Positions 1 through 13,288 of a stretch of 64,000 bases of DNA are shown here, one piece after another. Each line of letters begins with the position of its first letter. Within the stretch, counting starts at the first letter, position 1. This DNA is from Nemertoderma westbladi (Eukaryota; Animalia; Xenacoelomorpha), in assembly GCA_032718475.1 (NCBI GenBank), contig JAUCBJ010006790.1:672-64671 (forward strand). The letters run 5' to 3'. The notes below the pieces were generated by a model. That model had not been told where the DNA came from. It saw nothing but the letters and a program-made list of their open reading frames with translations, and ran no database searches. The translations under genes were made by a program, and so were the position numbers.

Positions 1-19
1 GCACGACGAGCGGATCAAG

Positions 20-90
20 ACCTTCGAACTCGGCGGCGCTCAGCTTGCAGAGACGCGCTATCGACACCTTCTAGGCTAGCGCGCCCGATC
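20..90 (-). repeat. possible tRNA-derived SINE head (degenerate)
   Basis: Minus strand reads GGGCGCGC-TAGCCTAGAAGG (A-box-like) ... GAGTTCGAAG (B-box-like). No complete cloverleaf. Confidence 0.3.
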
Positions 91-3000
91 ATCGCCACCC
101 TCCGGCCCCCCGGCCGATCGTTCCCGCGAACAATCGCTAAAGATCAATTTATCGGAACGCGAGCTCACAACGAAAGACAACTCACGTAGGGCAGATAAAA
201 TTATTATTTTTGTTACACTTGACAAAGATATTCACAATATTTTAATAAGTACGGGATAAGTAGTAGCTGATAATACGCAATAATCTTAATATGGATAACT
301 TCTGCCATTAAAATATTATTGCCTTTATTATTTTATTAGGGCGTTCTTATGCAAATTGATAAGAAAGCTGCTGAAGCTGCTGTTAAGTTGCTGAATTCTA
401 TAATTTGCATATATTACACATCGTCCTGCACAACTTCTACTTATCGTAGAAAGGGCTCTAAGGAGTTTGGACTGCATATAAATTGTTCTAAAACATGACC
501 GTTAATGTTAAATCAAGCTTGATCACCATCTTTAATAATAAACTAAACAAACACGATTGACCATTTTCATTCCCAGAATCTTGCGGTTTTTTTTGGAGGG
601 GTCAGGTGAAGCAAAGGCTGATACAGCGCCTTCTGTAGTTGACTTCCGCTCTGGATTAGGTTGCACAAATCAACCGAGAAATCCTTCTCAAGCTATTTAG
701 TATTTTGATGTTGAAGAAAACGCCTAAAGTGAAGATTAACCCCGAGGGAACTATTTTCAACTCCTCGAGTCGTTACAGGACCTACATTAATTACATTGGC
801 GGCGATTGGCATCGGGTCACTTCCATTCGAGAAACATCAATAAACACTGAATTACCTTTGAGATAATGATGGCTAAACATTTCAGAGGTTGTGTCGTGAA
901 TTTATAATGTTTTAAGATAGGTTTACTCCTTAGCGTAAAATAATTAAATCTAATTAATAATTGAATTCGTAGTAATTGAGTCTTTGGTGGTAATGTTCAG
1001 AAAAATTAGTTACCATAACACAATTTACGTTAAACACAAACAGTTAATCAGAGAGTTTTTAATCAATAACGAAGGGGACTTAGGTTTCCTTTTCACTCCA
1101 ATTGGAAGTGACTTCGTACATTTATAAATATCGGTGTGTCGTGTAGGCCTAGTGCCTGTTCCGGGCACTATCCGAGCTTCCAGAAGAAATGCACAGCCGT
1201 ATTTTCCTCTCAACCTTAAAAGTTGCTCTTCTACACTTTCTGTGGTTGTTATGTGTGATGCCAGCGCGGCAGCCACAGTATTAAATATTTTACAAGTTAA
1301 TCGCGCGAGTAGGTCTATATTACATATTAGATAGTTCACGGATTCAAGTAACGATTTTATTATGTAAAACTACTTTTTCTGATTGGTGTACGATAATCTG
1401 CTCGAAGAAATTTTCACCTCTGTTGCAGGCGGACGGTGCAGAAAATACACTGACAGAGCATGGGCTACATATCTACCTACTTAATGTTTTCGCGGTAACA
1501 TACAGACCTAAAACAGGGAAAACATGTGTTTGTAGCGAATATGTTTAACTCCAGTTCAGCAGATATTACTGATAAATTAAAAATTAGTCATTCTTCCACC
1601 ATAAATGTTCATTCGACCACCAAATATGCAGAGATGGCAGTAGAAAAATAACATCTAGTGCTTTCTCGCGTTTAGATTTAGTAAGATATTACGATTAAAG
1701 AAATCTGATTTTACAATTCCGCGAAAATACGGATTAAAAAGTCGGACAAAAATATTTTGTAAAAGTAATAGTTATTTATCGGCATTTTTGGAAGATTGAT
1801 TGGATAATTACCGGTACATTAATGTCTTTATTCCCCGCACATTATAGTTTTCAGATTATAGTCTTCAGAAATTTTAATTTTTCCAGATATAAAAACTCTG
1901 ATATTGTATTCGAAAATCATGAAATGAGAGTGACAGTTGTAATGATGCGACGCCGTTTTCCAAGTGCCTTGTTTGTCTTCTTTACAGCTCCTCCTTTTGT
2001 CAACATCTTGAGAAAACTACGAACTGCGTACCAGAGTTTGAGAAATTGGTCATTAAAATTAAACGGTAATGCAATTGTTCAATTAAGCGTGTAGGATCGT
2101 GCCAGTTGACAATAGCTGGTGTAAAGAGAACCTATGTATTCCTACATCCCGCAGTACAGGAGCAGGTTAGGTCCAAATTCCGAGAGACTAGTACGCAGGA
2201 CCGGTGCCCTCCCGCCTAAGGTTAATTGACAATTAGGCAGTGTTCCTGTCAAGGAGAATGTAGTCCAGGCCACTAACATATGAAGTGTATGGCACGCACC
2301 ACTAGCAAATTAACGAGGTATGGGGACACCTAATTAGAATGCATCCACAGACCGGTCACCATGCATTAGGATAAATAACAGTAACAGTTAATGTAATTAC
2401 CGTGTATTTCAATTGCTGTGTTTCCTAGACGCAATTAGAATGAAACTAAACCAATACGTCAGGAACTCGATTTAATGTCACGCCCAGCAACTGGAAATTG
2501 TAATAATATTAATAATAGTTTTAATCTAAGTCTTCGCGGTGTTCAGGCTTTGAAAACTAGGACGTGGAATAAAATATATATTAAAAAATATAACTTTCTA
2601 AAGAGATTTCAATACTGTACTGATACGTGTGTGGAGTAGACCTATAGTATGCTTGAAGTATTATACTGAAAGTATTATTCAATAGTACATATTTTTCCCA
2701 ATTAATGGGGGTACTGGCTTGCAAATTTTTTTCCATTCCTATTCCATCTATATGATATTTTTATTATCAGGATTAAAAATGTAAAAACCGTTATATCTGT
2801 TAGATCTCTTATACTACTTAATGTCCCTACAACTAATTAATGAACTGCAATTCAGTCGAGGGCGGTTAGTTCAATTAATGTGCCTGCATTCCTTCAAGAC
2901 CTTCAAACAGTGATATGTTTTCCAGTGATAATTGTAAAAATTCCCTTGATATCTAATTATATTAATCTAATTATGTATCTAATTATGAAAATGCATGTAG

Positions 3001-3099
3001 GTTTTAGACAAACACGCCCCCTGCAGAGATTGGTGAAGCAAAAAGATAGAAGAGGAGTCTGGAGCGTCAGTTTAGGAAAACAAATCTTGAGGTACATTT

Positions 3100-4760
3100 G
3101 CTTATTAGGGATCAATGTTTATCAGTTAGCCTACTGTACTAATTTGGTTGAAATTGCCAAGAAAAACTACTATAAGTCAATTGTTCAAGTTCAAGCTAAT
3201 AGTGGAAATCAAAGACAGCTATTTAAATGCGTTGGTCAACTAGTTTCTGCTAATCTGAATGGTATTTTGCTTCAAAGGGATAATGATTTAGACCTAGCGA
3301 ATGATTTTGCTGAGTTTTTTGAGCAAAAGATCGACAATATTCATGAGGAATTGATTGATATCAATAATGCAATTCAGGTTAATCCTTGGATGAATTCAAC
3401 CCAGTATGATACATGGATGCATTGGATTGCTGTTACCATTGTTTGTAATTATAATTATTCTGTCATTGTCGGTAAGGCAAGTCCCACAACTCTTAAAAGA
3501 TAGTGTATTGCGTCCATTGATTAAGAAGAGGCGTCTTAACCCTGACATATTAAATAAATTTCGCCCGGTATCAAACTTGAAATTTCTTGCGAAGATAACT
3601 GAAAAGGTTGTTGCACAGCAATTAATAAATTATTTACACTTGCATTCTTTATAGGAACCATTTCAGAGCGCAAATATAGGGGATCTCATAGTGTGGAAAC
3701 GGCGCTGACTGCGTGTAAATAATGATATTCTCAACAGCATCGATAATGGGTCCTGCGTTCTCCTAATTATGCTCGACTTAAGTGCCGCGTTTGATGCCAT
3801 TGGCCATTCCATACTATTACAAATTCTAGAGCATAATGTTGGTGTAACTGGGAATGCTTTAAATTGGTTTCGCTCATACCTTAGTGAGCGTTCTCATCGA
3901 GTACTTGTTTGGAGATAGTTATTCACAAAAAAAATATTTGAAATATGGAGTTCCACAGGGTTCTGTTCTTGGGCCATTATTATTTTCAATGTATTCGCAT
4001 ACATACGCCTTCCTTTTCTAACGTAATTCGGCGACATGGTCTAAAATATCATCTGTATGCTGATGATACTCAGCTATATGTTTCATTTAAACGTAGTGAG
4101 CTTTCGGAGGTCATTGATGTTAGGCAGATTGCATTGCTGATATTAAAATTTTATGAATATGAATGCTAATCCGAAGAAAAGTGGTGGAAGGTACTAAATC
4201 TGCCAGGAATATTGGTTTTATTGAGGATAAACACCTGAGGATGGATGGATAAACACCTGAGGATGGATGGATAAACACCTGAGGATGGATGGATAAACAC
4301 CTGAGGATGGATGGATAAACACCTGAGGATGGATGGATAAACACCTGAGGATGGATGGATAAACACCTGAGGATGGATGGATAAACAAATAGCTCACGTA
4401 GTTAAGGAGTCTCTTCATTCTACCACATTCGTAACTTGTCGAGGATTACGAAATATTTGACCAAAAAAGACTTGGAGACTTTATTCTCATCTCGGTTGGA
4501 CTTGAACAATTCATTATACTTTGGGTTACCACACAGAAATATATGAAGAAGCTGCAATATGTACAGAACTGTTCTGCTATATGGCTCTGTAAAGTCAGAA
4601 AAAATGACCACAAACCTCCAGTCTTGAAAAAACTCCATTGGCTACCAGTTCATAGACGAATTGACTACAAGATAACGGTTCTTACTTATAAATGCCTACA
4701 TGAAACGGCTCCGGATTACTTATCTGAATTACTTTCACTTTACCATCCAACACGTAATCT
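3100..4760 (+). mobile_element. decayed L2/CR1-group LINE, reverse transcriptase region
   Basis: Frameshifted peptides FRPVSNLKFLAKITEKVV, MLDLSAAFD, GVPQGSVLGP, YADDTQLY, KLQYVQN and LHWLPVHRRIDYK occur in the canonical L2 ORF2 order. Confidence 0.88.
4225..4387. repeat. 22-bp minisatellite (GAGGATGGATGGATAAACACCT, ~7 copies)
   Basis: Direct tandem copies visible inside the LINE remnant. Confidence 0.95.
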
Positions 4761-4970
4761 ATTCTCTGTAGCCCTGTTAGTGTGGAATGCGCACTTTTTA
4801 TATTTTTTTATATTTGTACTTTTCATTATTATTATCACTATTGATATTATTATTATTATGCAAGCACAAACCATTGTACTATTGTACCATTGTACCACTG
4901 TAGTAATGTAATTATAATTAGATGTAATTATAACGGTATATCATGGGAGGAGGATGTAGTGGGGAATATA

Positions 4971-5025
4971 GGGGGGGGGAGGGGGGGAGGGGGGGGGGGT
5001 AAGGGGGGGGGGGGGGGGTAAGGGG
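4971..5025 (+). repeat. G-rich low-complexity tract
   Basis: Several long G runs interrupted by A or TAA. Confidence 0.85.
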
Positions 5026-5522
5026 TGGATTTACCAATTACCCTACTGTATGGTGATTGACTTTACTACAGTATTACCGATTTTAAACTCTACTTGGTTC
5101 ATTGCATTCTAAATTTTGAGTTTTTAGAGCTGTTACTTATGATTATATTTTATTTATATTTAAAAGTTAAGCGACTAATAGTAAAAACCGCACCGGTAGG
5201 TATGTACAACAAGCAAGGACTACTGAAGCAAAGACTGACACACAGTAAATACAGACTTCGCTAGCGAAGGCCATGTTGTTTATGTTACCTGTAACCAGTT
5301 TGAATGATAAACATACACATTCTGGGGTAAAATATTATGGAGAATATATTTCTGGTATTAGTGTTTCAATTATCTGTTGCTTTCATGAATTATTTTCTAT
5401 ATTTTTTGTGTTTAAATGGCAATTTATTGGATATGTGTCAATGTGCGGCACGAAAAATACAATGTAGCACAAATTTCATAATCAAAAATCATCACCAAAT
5501 CAACCTGATTTTTCGACATTAA

Positions 5523-5811
5523 GGGTTTTCTGGGACGCTGATCACGAATATAACACTCAAAAATATCGTATTATCCAACCCAATTCAATTTTTGACGTTT
5601 GGAATTTTTTGCTACTTGTACTTTTCGTCTTGGGGTACAAAAATAGCACCAAAAATGATAGTTGCATTGCTAGAAAATATTTTTAACAAGTTTTATCGTG
5701 ATCAGCGACTTCGATAACCCTTATATATGAGCCAAGATCTAAAAAATTCTAAAATGACCCCCTTAACCGGGCCAATTACGTTGTAAAATGGCCCGGGCCA
5801 GATAGGGTTAA
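5523..5811. mobile_element. possible end of a non-autonomous DNA transposon
   Basis: Imperfect inverted pair GGGTT..CGCTGATCACGA (5523-5548) / TCGTGATCAGCG..AACCC (~5696-5720). Ends in GGG-TTAA, like piggyBac. The other end was not found. Confidence 0.3.
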
Positions 5812-6852
5812 TGGATAGCCTTGTATTGCGACCATATATAATCAAGCTTTGGGGCTATGAGTATGTCTTTGTACTTCAAGTTGTCGAGTCATAAACTCCA
5901 ACTGACTCTAGTGTTTCGAATTCCCAGAGCTGCAGAGTCGACGACCTTCCAAATAAGGGATTTGGGATCTGTGTCCCTTTTCACCGTTGTCACAACTTAT
6001 CTCAATTGCGACCAATGGACAGTTGGTTATTTGGTCCCAGGCAGTGTCGCAACGACAGACGATCTGCAGTACATGGCATATCGTGCACCCAGGAGTAGAT
6101 CCCAGCATCAAGTTCAACAAACCCAGCTACCAAGTCCAGAAGTCCTTCGAGTTCCATGAGCTAATCTGTCGTTCTTCAACAGACGGAGTTTGACGTGGCA
6201 TCCATCAATTCAATTCAATTCAATTCAATTTTAGTGTAGCTCTTCTAAAGGTCTAGATTACTGCATGAGATACAAATTAATGAGTACTTACGACAATAGA
6301 CATAATTAAACCAGTGTTATGGAATGGAGAGATCATTAAGTATGAAACTTACGGAAATATTAGTTGAGTACGAGATATACTACTGAGGCGAATAATTGGA
6401 TACACACACAGTTTATTATACACACACAATAAGACTTTATACATACAGTACACGCACAGATAAACAGCAATAGCTAGAGTTAACCGAAGTACTCCCAAAT
6501 AGCATAGCTAGTGCGGGCAATTCTTGGCTTAATTTGAAGAACAGTGGGCTGCAGATTTGTAGATTTGATTTAATTGAACTTTTAGGTAATGTTATGGTTA
6601 TGGCAGTTTCTAGATGCTGTTAATTGCACTTTTACTAAAGAAAAAAAAGAAAGTAAAATATAGTTGCTGTGCTCATGATGTGTGACATACACTTATTAGA
6701 TTTAAAATAAACTAAACTCGAAGTACTGAAGAAACTAAAGTCGAAGGTATACCAGTGTACATGTTGTTGGTACTCCGGGAAATTCATTTAGTGTAACAGT
6801 TTGTTGCAACGACCCAACCGGGAACCGGCCACAGTACCTTTGCTGCAGTACC

Positions 6853-8122
6853 TTGATCTCGATTGCTGCAAAGCTATACAATAGGATTCTATTAAATCGC
6901 ATCAGGAATCCCATTGAGAGACTGCTCCGTGGAAATCAGAATGGGTTCCGTAAAGGTCGTGGGACCATGGAGCCCATTTTGGCACTTAGAAGGATAATTG
7001 AAGAGTTATCAAAAAGGAAAGACAGACATCTGGCTGTTATGGGGCGTCCTCCAAGGAGACACACTTGCACCATTCTTGTTCATTATTGTGGTTGACTATG
7101 TTCTACGCATGTCCTTAGATCATCATAATAATGATGGGGTGATGATAACTCCACCTACTGGCTCCAGAAGTCGAGGAAATCCTGCCAAGTACCTAACTGA
7201 TCTAGACTTTGCTGATGACTTAGGAGTACTCTCAGAATCATTAGAGGGAGCCCAACGGCTCCTCAGCTCATTAGAACATGCTGCTTCTAGTGTTGGTCTT
7301 TTTATTAACTCCAGAAAGACCAAAATTTTGACAGTTAACTTTGAAAGTCCTCAGCAAGTCTCTGATCGGATGAGCATAAGCTCAAAGGATGGTATGCTTG
7401 AGCATGTGGACGACTTCTGTTACCTGGGATCATGGATCCGGAAGTCAGGTGAGGACCTTCGAATACGTAAGGGAAAGGCATGGGCAGCCTTGAATAGGCT
7501 TTCCAGGATTTGGAAGTCACCGAGAATTAATCGGAAACTTAAGGTCCGATTATTTAGAGCAGCAGTAGTTCCAGTACTCCTCTATGGGAGTCCATGCTGG
7601 GCTCTAACTGCTGAGGACACCAAATCTCTGGATGGCACATTCACAAGAATGCTACGCTGGGTTCATTGTGTCAAGTACAATGCACACATCTCCAACCAGA
7701 CACTATATAACATTGGAGGTGTCTCATTGGTTCCCCCAAGCATGACACTAGAACAAAATCGCCTCCGCTTTGCAGGACATTGCTTTCGCCGTGGGGACTA
7801 GCCAGTGCATAATCTTGTACTTTGGCAGCCTCATGGAGTGAATAAGCATGGTGGACAGCCCATGACTTTCTTGAGACGCATGTTAAAGGACACTGGCCTT
7901 GAAGATGCGGATGATGTAGCAAATGTCATGGGTGATAGGGAGTTGTGGCGTGCTATTTTGTCGATAAGCCGGCAGAGCATTCTTAAAAATGCAGCTGCAA
8001 TGCAGCATGCCGATCCTAGTAGTAGTACAGTACCTTGCTGTGCGGAACATCCTCGGGAAACTCTAGCCAGTCAGCCAGTGGGTGATGCAGATGACCGCTT
8101 TCTACCCTTCGCCCTTAGATGA
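6853..8122 (+). mobile_element. 5'-truncated, internally deleted RTE-clade LINE (RT region)
   Basis: SIAAKLYNRILLNRI, NQNGFRKGR, GVLQGDTLAPFLF, LDFADDL, FCYLGS, LRFAGHCFR. The DFxKAFD segment is missing at ~7040. Confidence 0.9.
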
Positions 8123-8339
8123 AAGCGAAAGGCGAACCATCATAGTGTCATCCTGTCATCGCCGAGTCGCATTGGCAATGCGGCAAACCAGCTACTAATA
8201 ACCAAATCAAATTAATAGTTACGGTCTGACGGTTGTGTGGCGAAATGTCGTTGGTACTGTACGTGCTTGTGCTACCAGGCTACGGCGCTTCTGAGGGTTA
8301 CCCGAACTAGGGGGTGTGTACAAAACAAAGACCTAAGAC

Positions 8340-8760
8340 CTCACAAAAGTAAGACCCCCCTGGTACAAATGTAAGACCCCCTGGTACAAAAGTAAGACCC
8401 CCCGGTACAAAAGTAAGACCACCCCTGGTATAAAAGTAAGACCCCCCTGGTACAAATGTAAGACCCCCCTGGTACAAAAGTAAGACCCCCCTGGTTCAAA
8501 AGTAAGACCACCTGGTACAAAAGTAAGACCCCCCTGGTACAAAAGTAAGACCCCCCCCCCCCCTGGTACAAAAGTAAGATCCCCCTGGTGCATATGTAAG
8601 ACCCCCCCTGGTACAAAAGTAAGACCCCCCTGGTACAAAAGAAAGACCCCCCTGGTACAAAAGTAAGACCCCCCTGGTACAAAAGTAAGACCCCCCCCCC
8701 CTGGTATAAAAGTAAGAGCCCCTCAGGCTGCCAGGTACAAAAGTAAGACCCCTGGTACAA
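8340..8760. repeat. minisatellite, ~24-25-bp unit GGTACAAAAGTAAGACCCCCCT
   Basis: Tandem copies with variable C-run length. Confidence 0.95.
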
Positions 8761-10271
8761 CCCTGTCAAACACAGTAGAGTACACGTTCGTGGGGCCTTC
8801 GCGCAGCACGAGGCCCAGTTATGAGATACAAATTAAAATTGAGCGACTGTATCACAAAATCAGGTTTTGAGAAATTTACCCACACCACCAATCAATCAAA
8901 GAAAGGGGGACAGTACGTGTTCACCCCTTTTAATCCCCCCCCCCCCCCACCCTTCCCAACCACCAATACATAACCGCGACATCTACCACCCAGGGAAGGG
9001 TAACACGAACTTATTTCCAATCGCACGTTCAATATGCAAAGCCAGGTGGTTTATAGGAATATAATAAACGCAGTACTCGTATTCATTATAAGCCTCGTTG
9101 CGTTCGTCCTGTTTTGTATTTAAATATATTTCTTAAACGCAGGCTAGGACGTTCTTTATAATAATAATAACTAGGGATGCGATCAATATGTGAAGCCAGG
9201 TGGTTTATATAATAATTTAGTCAACGCAGTACTCGTCTTCATTATATGCCTCGTTGCGCTCGTCGCTTGTCCTGTTTTGTTATAAAATATTTTTCCTAAA
9301 CGCAGACTGACGATCTTTATACAGTTATAACTATGCGAAGTTTCGAAACTGTGCGAGTAACTGTTGATACATCTATGTGGATATGTGTGATATGTGGAGA
9401 TGTGTGATACAACGCCAACGCATCTTATGCCGATGTAGTAATATGGGTATTGAAATAATATTAAATTAATGTACACTCTTAAAGCTGCAGCGAAAAAATG
9501 TAGCTAATTTCCTAGGTTACATATAAAATAATAATATTATTTTTAAGAACATTAATTTTACTACTTTGCAAAAATTCAATTAAAAAATAACCAGACATAT
9601 ACATTGTGGAATAAACTAGTTCAGAAGCCTACACAACAGCCATGCCATGGATAGTATTTATGTTATGATATCTGTCATTCACCTGAGATAGCAATACAAC
9701 ATTTATAGTGAATTTAAAGAATGCTGTCTGGGCTGGAATAGCAATACTGGTTGTCTATTACTATTCCTCTCTGGTTAGTCTTAGCAACAACTCCCAGCCA
9801 GCAGCAGAGACTTGACCAATAATCATTCCCAGCAACTGGGAATGACACACACATCCCATCTATGTACCAGCATGTTGGCCAATAAATGAGCAGTATTTAA
9901 TGAGAATAAATTTTTTTTGCCGTTTTAATTACTTTAGATCAATTAAAGACACAATTATTAAAGCAAATCACTTGAACTAATTAAAAACTATAATAGAATG
10001 GCGTATGGGGATTACATCTGTATAATTTTTAATTATAATTATTTAAATCTTATACTGTAAAACAATTAATTTCCTTTAAAAGGCAGGTTGAAAATGGTGT
10101 TTTTACCGTAATAACTTAATTAACTAATTAACTGCTATTATCTTAGCTTCTCGAAGGCCACACTGAAATTCTACTTGGAAAATTTCTAAACTTTTGCCAA
10201 ACAACATGTGTACCAAGTTTGGATAGATTTCATCAAAGATTGGCCGAGTTATTAACGTTTAAAATTGAACG

Positions 10272-10341
10272 CGACAGAACGACAGAACGACAGAACGACA
10301 GAACGACAGAACGACAGAACGACAGAACGACAGAACGACAG
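10272..10341. repeat. (CGACAGAA)n microsatellite, possibly part of a HINE-like element
   Basis: About 8 perfect 8-bp copies. GACA-type microsatellites are common in Helentron-derived non-autonomous elements. Confidence 0.85.
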
Positions 10342-10809
10342 GTTGATTAATGGTACCACTACGCTAAGGCTCACTCACTTCGTGGCTCGCCCCACAGCCT
10401 GACAGCAGTACCATGCTGCCATGGTATTTCAGTCAGTCTGTAAGTAAGTACAGTAGGCCTATGCTGTGCTGGTGCTGTATGATGACTGGTGGCGGGTTAT
10501 CATTACCGCATTACTGCTGTACGCGTACGGTACTGGGTACTGGTGCGCGGTACGTAGCAGCCTAGCATTACGCATTATGTCTCTATGTATGGTTTTGTGT
10601 TCTGGTTTTGTGACATTACATCCAGACATCCTAGTTCAGCAGTTCAACGTTCACCATTTTAAGTAAAATATCATGTTTGCCTGTCTGCCTGTAGCGCTGT
10701 AGGTGGTAGGACTACGGTAGTTTAACATTAGGCCTACTATAAGATTTAGGTTAACTGTAAGCAGTAAGAAGAGTTTCAGTTTTCAATTCTCAGTTTTTTC
10801 AAAATATTA

Positions 10810-11394
10810 GGGTAGGCTGGGGTTGTATGGCCATTTTTTTAACTTTTTTTAATCCCACGGGAGCACAGTTACATGAAACCATCATGGTCAACCCTAGGGA
10901 GAAACCTACACATCTCAGCTAAACTTTTGAAACCTATGGTAATTTTCGATTCCAGGTCCCCAGGGGGGATTTTTTTTTAAACTGGGGTGGCCATACCACC
11001 CCAGGGCGGGGTGGTATGGCCACCAATATTGTATAAATTTCAAATGCCTTAGCACCTCTCTCATGGGGTTGTATGGCCATTGGAATGACTTTACATTACA
11101 ATATGGGCAAGCATTAACTTGTTCCAGAAAGGCACCTGTTAGTGTGTGTTACTCTAAATTCACAAAACCTAAAAGTTGTACTTTTTCATGAACTGGAACT
11201 TTGCCATGTCACTGTAAAATAATGGAATCATTTGACTGTTTGAAGATATGGTTTAGCTGTCATTTTATTGGAAAATTATTCAGCTTCATTTAGAAGTAAT
11301 AAAAACTGACCGACATTAAAATAAAGTAAAGTTATAACACTTTATGTCAAGGGTGGCCATACAACCCACATGGCCATACAACCCCGGTTTACCC
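10810..11394. mobile_element. MITE with TA target-site duplication (Tc1/mariner-pogo type)
   Basis: TA|GGGTAGGCTGGGGTTGTATGGCCAT ... ATGGCCATACAACCCCGGTTTACCC|TA. Internal copies of the TGGCCATAC motif. Confidence 0.8.
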
Positions 11395-11572
11395 TACATT
11401 TTGTTCGCATCTGAAGGTTCCCCCATTCCCACAGATTTCGTAAACTGCTAACGCCAATTTTCCTCAGTATAGTCCTAACTTTTCTTAAACTTTGAGGTGC
11501 CGGCAAATACATTATTGTACTAACTATTTTACACATCAATGTCGCAGCAACGAGAGAAAGCCGCCCCAATAT

Positions 11573-13288
11573 CCACGAAGCTAAGGAAAATCAACTACTT
11601 TCGCTAAGAAAGATTTTCCTTAGCTGAGATGGTCTATTCATAGTGGGCTATTTTACTTGTGTGAGGCAGATTTAGTGTTTTTTGGTCGGGGAAAAAACTA
11701 GCCTTTAAAAGTACCCTGAAATTTTGCATGTATATACTACTCATCAAGGCGCGTCGTGTGGGATGGGTCTCATATCCAGGAAAAATCTGGTTTCCATGGC
11801 AACGGACTTAGAATAAAGTCTATGTATTTCAAGTCAATATTTATAACTCTATTTGTAGGAAAACTATAATAGATATAAACTTGGGGTTTCTCAACTCAAC
11901 TATAAGGTCCATAGCAGAGCCGATTGAGGTTAAATATAAAATCCAGTTACCTTGGCAACCGGGCTAAACAGATGTTAAAATTTATAAAATGTTAATTTGA
12001 AGCCTAAGGTTAAGGTGTTATGACTTGGGACCAACCCCTACCCCCACTATATAACTTATTCTGCGTCCGAATTTGATTGTTCTATTTTGCAGTTACCATG
12101 ACAACCGCTGAAAACATATGTTTTTATATAAAAATTACTCATTTGGACATAGACTTCGCGATAAAATTTTACGAAACTGGGAATGCGTTATTTGGACCAC
12201 TAGTTCGAACTTTTAGTGAAACTCAAATCATTCCAGAAATATATAGTTACCTTAGTAACTGTATATTAATAAAGTCTATATCATTCAAGTCTATATTCAT
12301 AACTCTATTTGTAGAAAAACCACAATAGATATAAACTTGGAGTTTCTCAACTCAACTATAAGGGCCATAGCCGAGCAGATTGAGGTAAATTAAAAAATCC
12401 TGATACCATGGCAACCAGGCTAGACGATGTAAAAATTTACAAAATGATAATTTGAAGCACAAGTTAATAGTATTATGACTTGGGACCAATACCTACCCCC
12501 ACTATATGACTTATTCTGCATACGAATTGGGTTGTTATATTTTTCAGTTTCCATGGCAATCGCTGAAAACAGATGTTTTGACACAAAAATTGTTCATTTT
12601 GTACATAGACTAAACGATAACATTCCCTGAAACTGGGTATGTGTTATCTGGACTCCTATTTGGAACTTTCTGAAAAACTCAAAACTTCTAGAAATATCTA
12701 GTTACCATGGTAACTGGAGTTTATTAAAATCTATTACATTAAATTCTATATTATTAACTCTATTTGTACAACAACCATAATAGATCGAAACTTGAAGTTT
12801 TTCAACTCAATGATAAGGACAATAGTTGCGCTTATTGAGGTCAATTAGAAAATTTAGTTACCACGGCAACCAGACTAATGTTCAAATTTATAAAATGATT
12901 ATTTAAACCATAACATTAAGATATTACGACTTGGGACCAACCCCTACACCCACTATATCATCAATTCTGCATCCAATTAACGTTGTTATATTTATCAGTT
13001 TCCAAGACAACCTCTGCAAACTGATGTTTTAACAAAAATACATCTTTAATTTTGGACATCGACTACTCAATGAAACTTCCTTGAAGTCAATTTGTGTCAC
13101 CTGGAACCACAAACTTGATCTTAATGTAAAACAGAGCAGTTCTAGAAAACTCCAGTTGCCATGGTAATGGGAGTTTAATTAAGACATATGACTTTTAACT
13201 AGGTAAACCAATGAACTGATGAGTCAAAGTGTGTTTAATTTTCCTTAGCTTCGTGGTTGCATTTCCTTAAGGAAATGCCTTTCTAGTT
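11573..13288 (+). mobile_element. Helentron/HINE-like non-autonomous element with internal ~455-bp tandem repeats
   Basis: Sub-terminal inverted repeat CCACGAAGCTAAGGAAAAT (11573) / ATTTTCCTTAGCTTCGTGG (13238-13256). 3' palindrome GCATTTCCTTAAGGAAATGC (13259-13278), then CTAGTT. Three diverged units start at ~11816, ~12271 and ~12727. Confidence 0.75.

Noticed and set aside
200-2900. short ORFs in the AT-rich start of the window
   Set aside because: No recognisable domains or exon structure.
5812-6200. possible minus-strand RTE RT remnant (VSWSL*LDNLKYKDILI)
   Set aside because: Similarity is too weak to support without a search.
8105-8140. hammerhead-like TTCGCCCTTAGATGAAAGCGAAAGGCGAA
   Set aside because: Lacks the CUGA core and a stem II.
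8333-8769. repetitive ORFs (also 4120-4418 and 44845-45417)
   Set aside because: Translations of minisatellite or low-complexity DNA.
13216-13240. CTGATGA motifs here and at ~19847, ~29212, ~46582 and ~63407
   Set aside because: No stem II plus GAAA and no closing stems.
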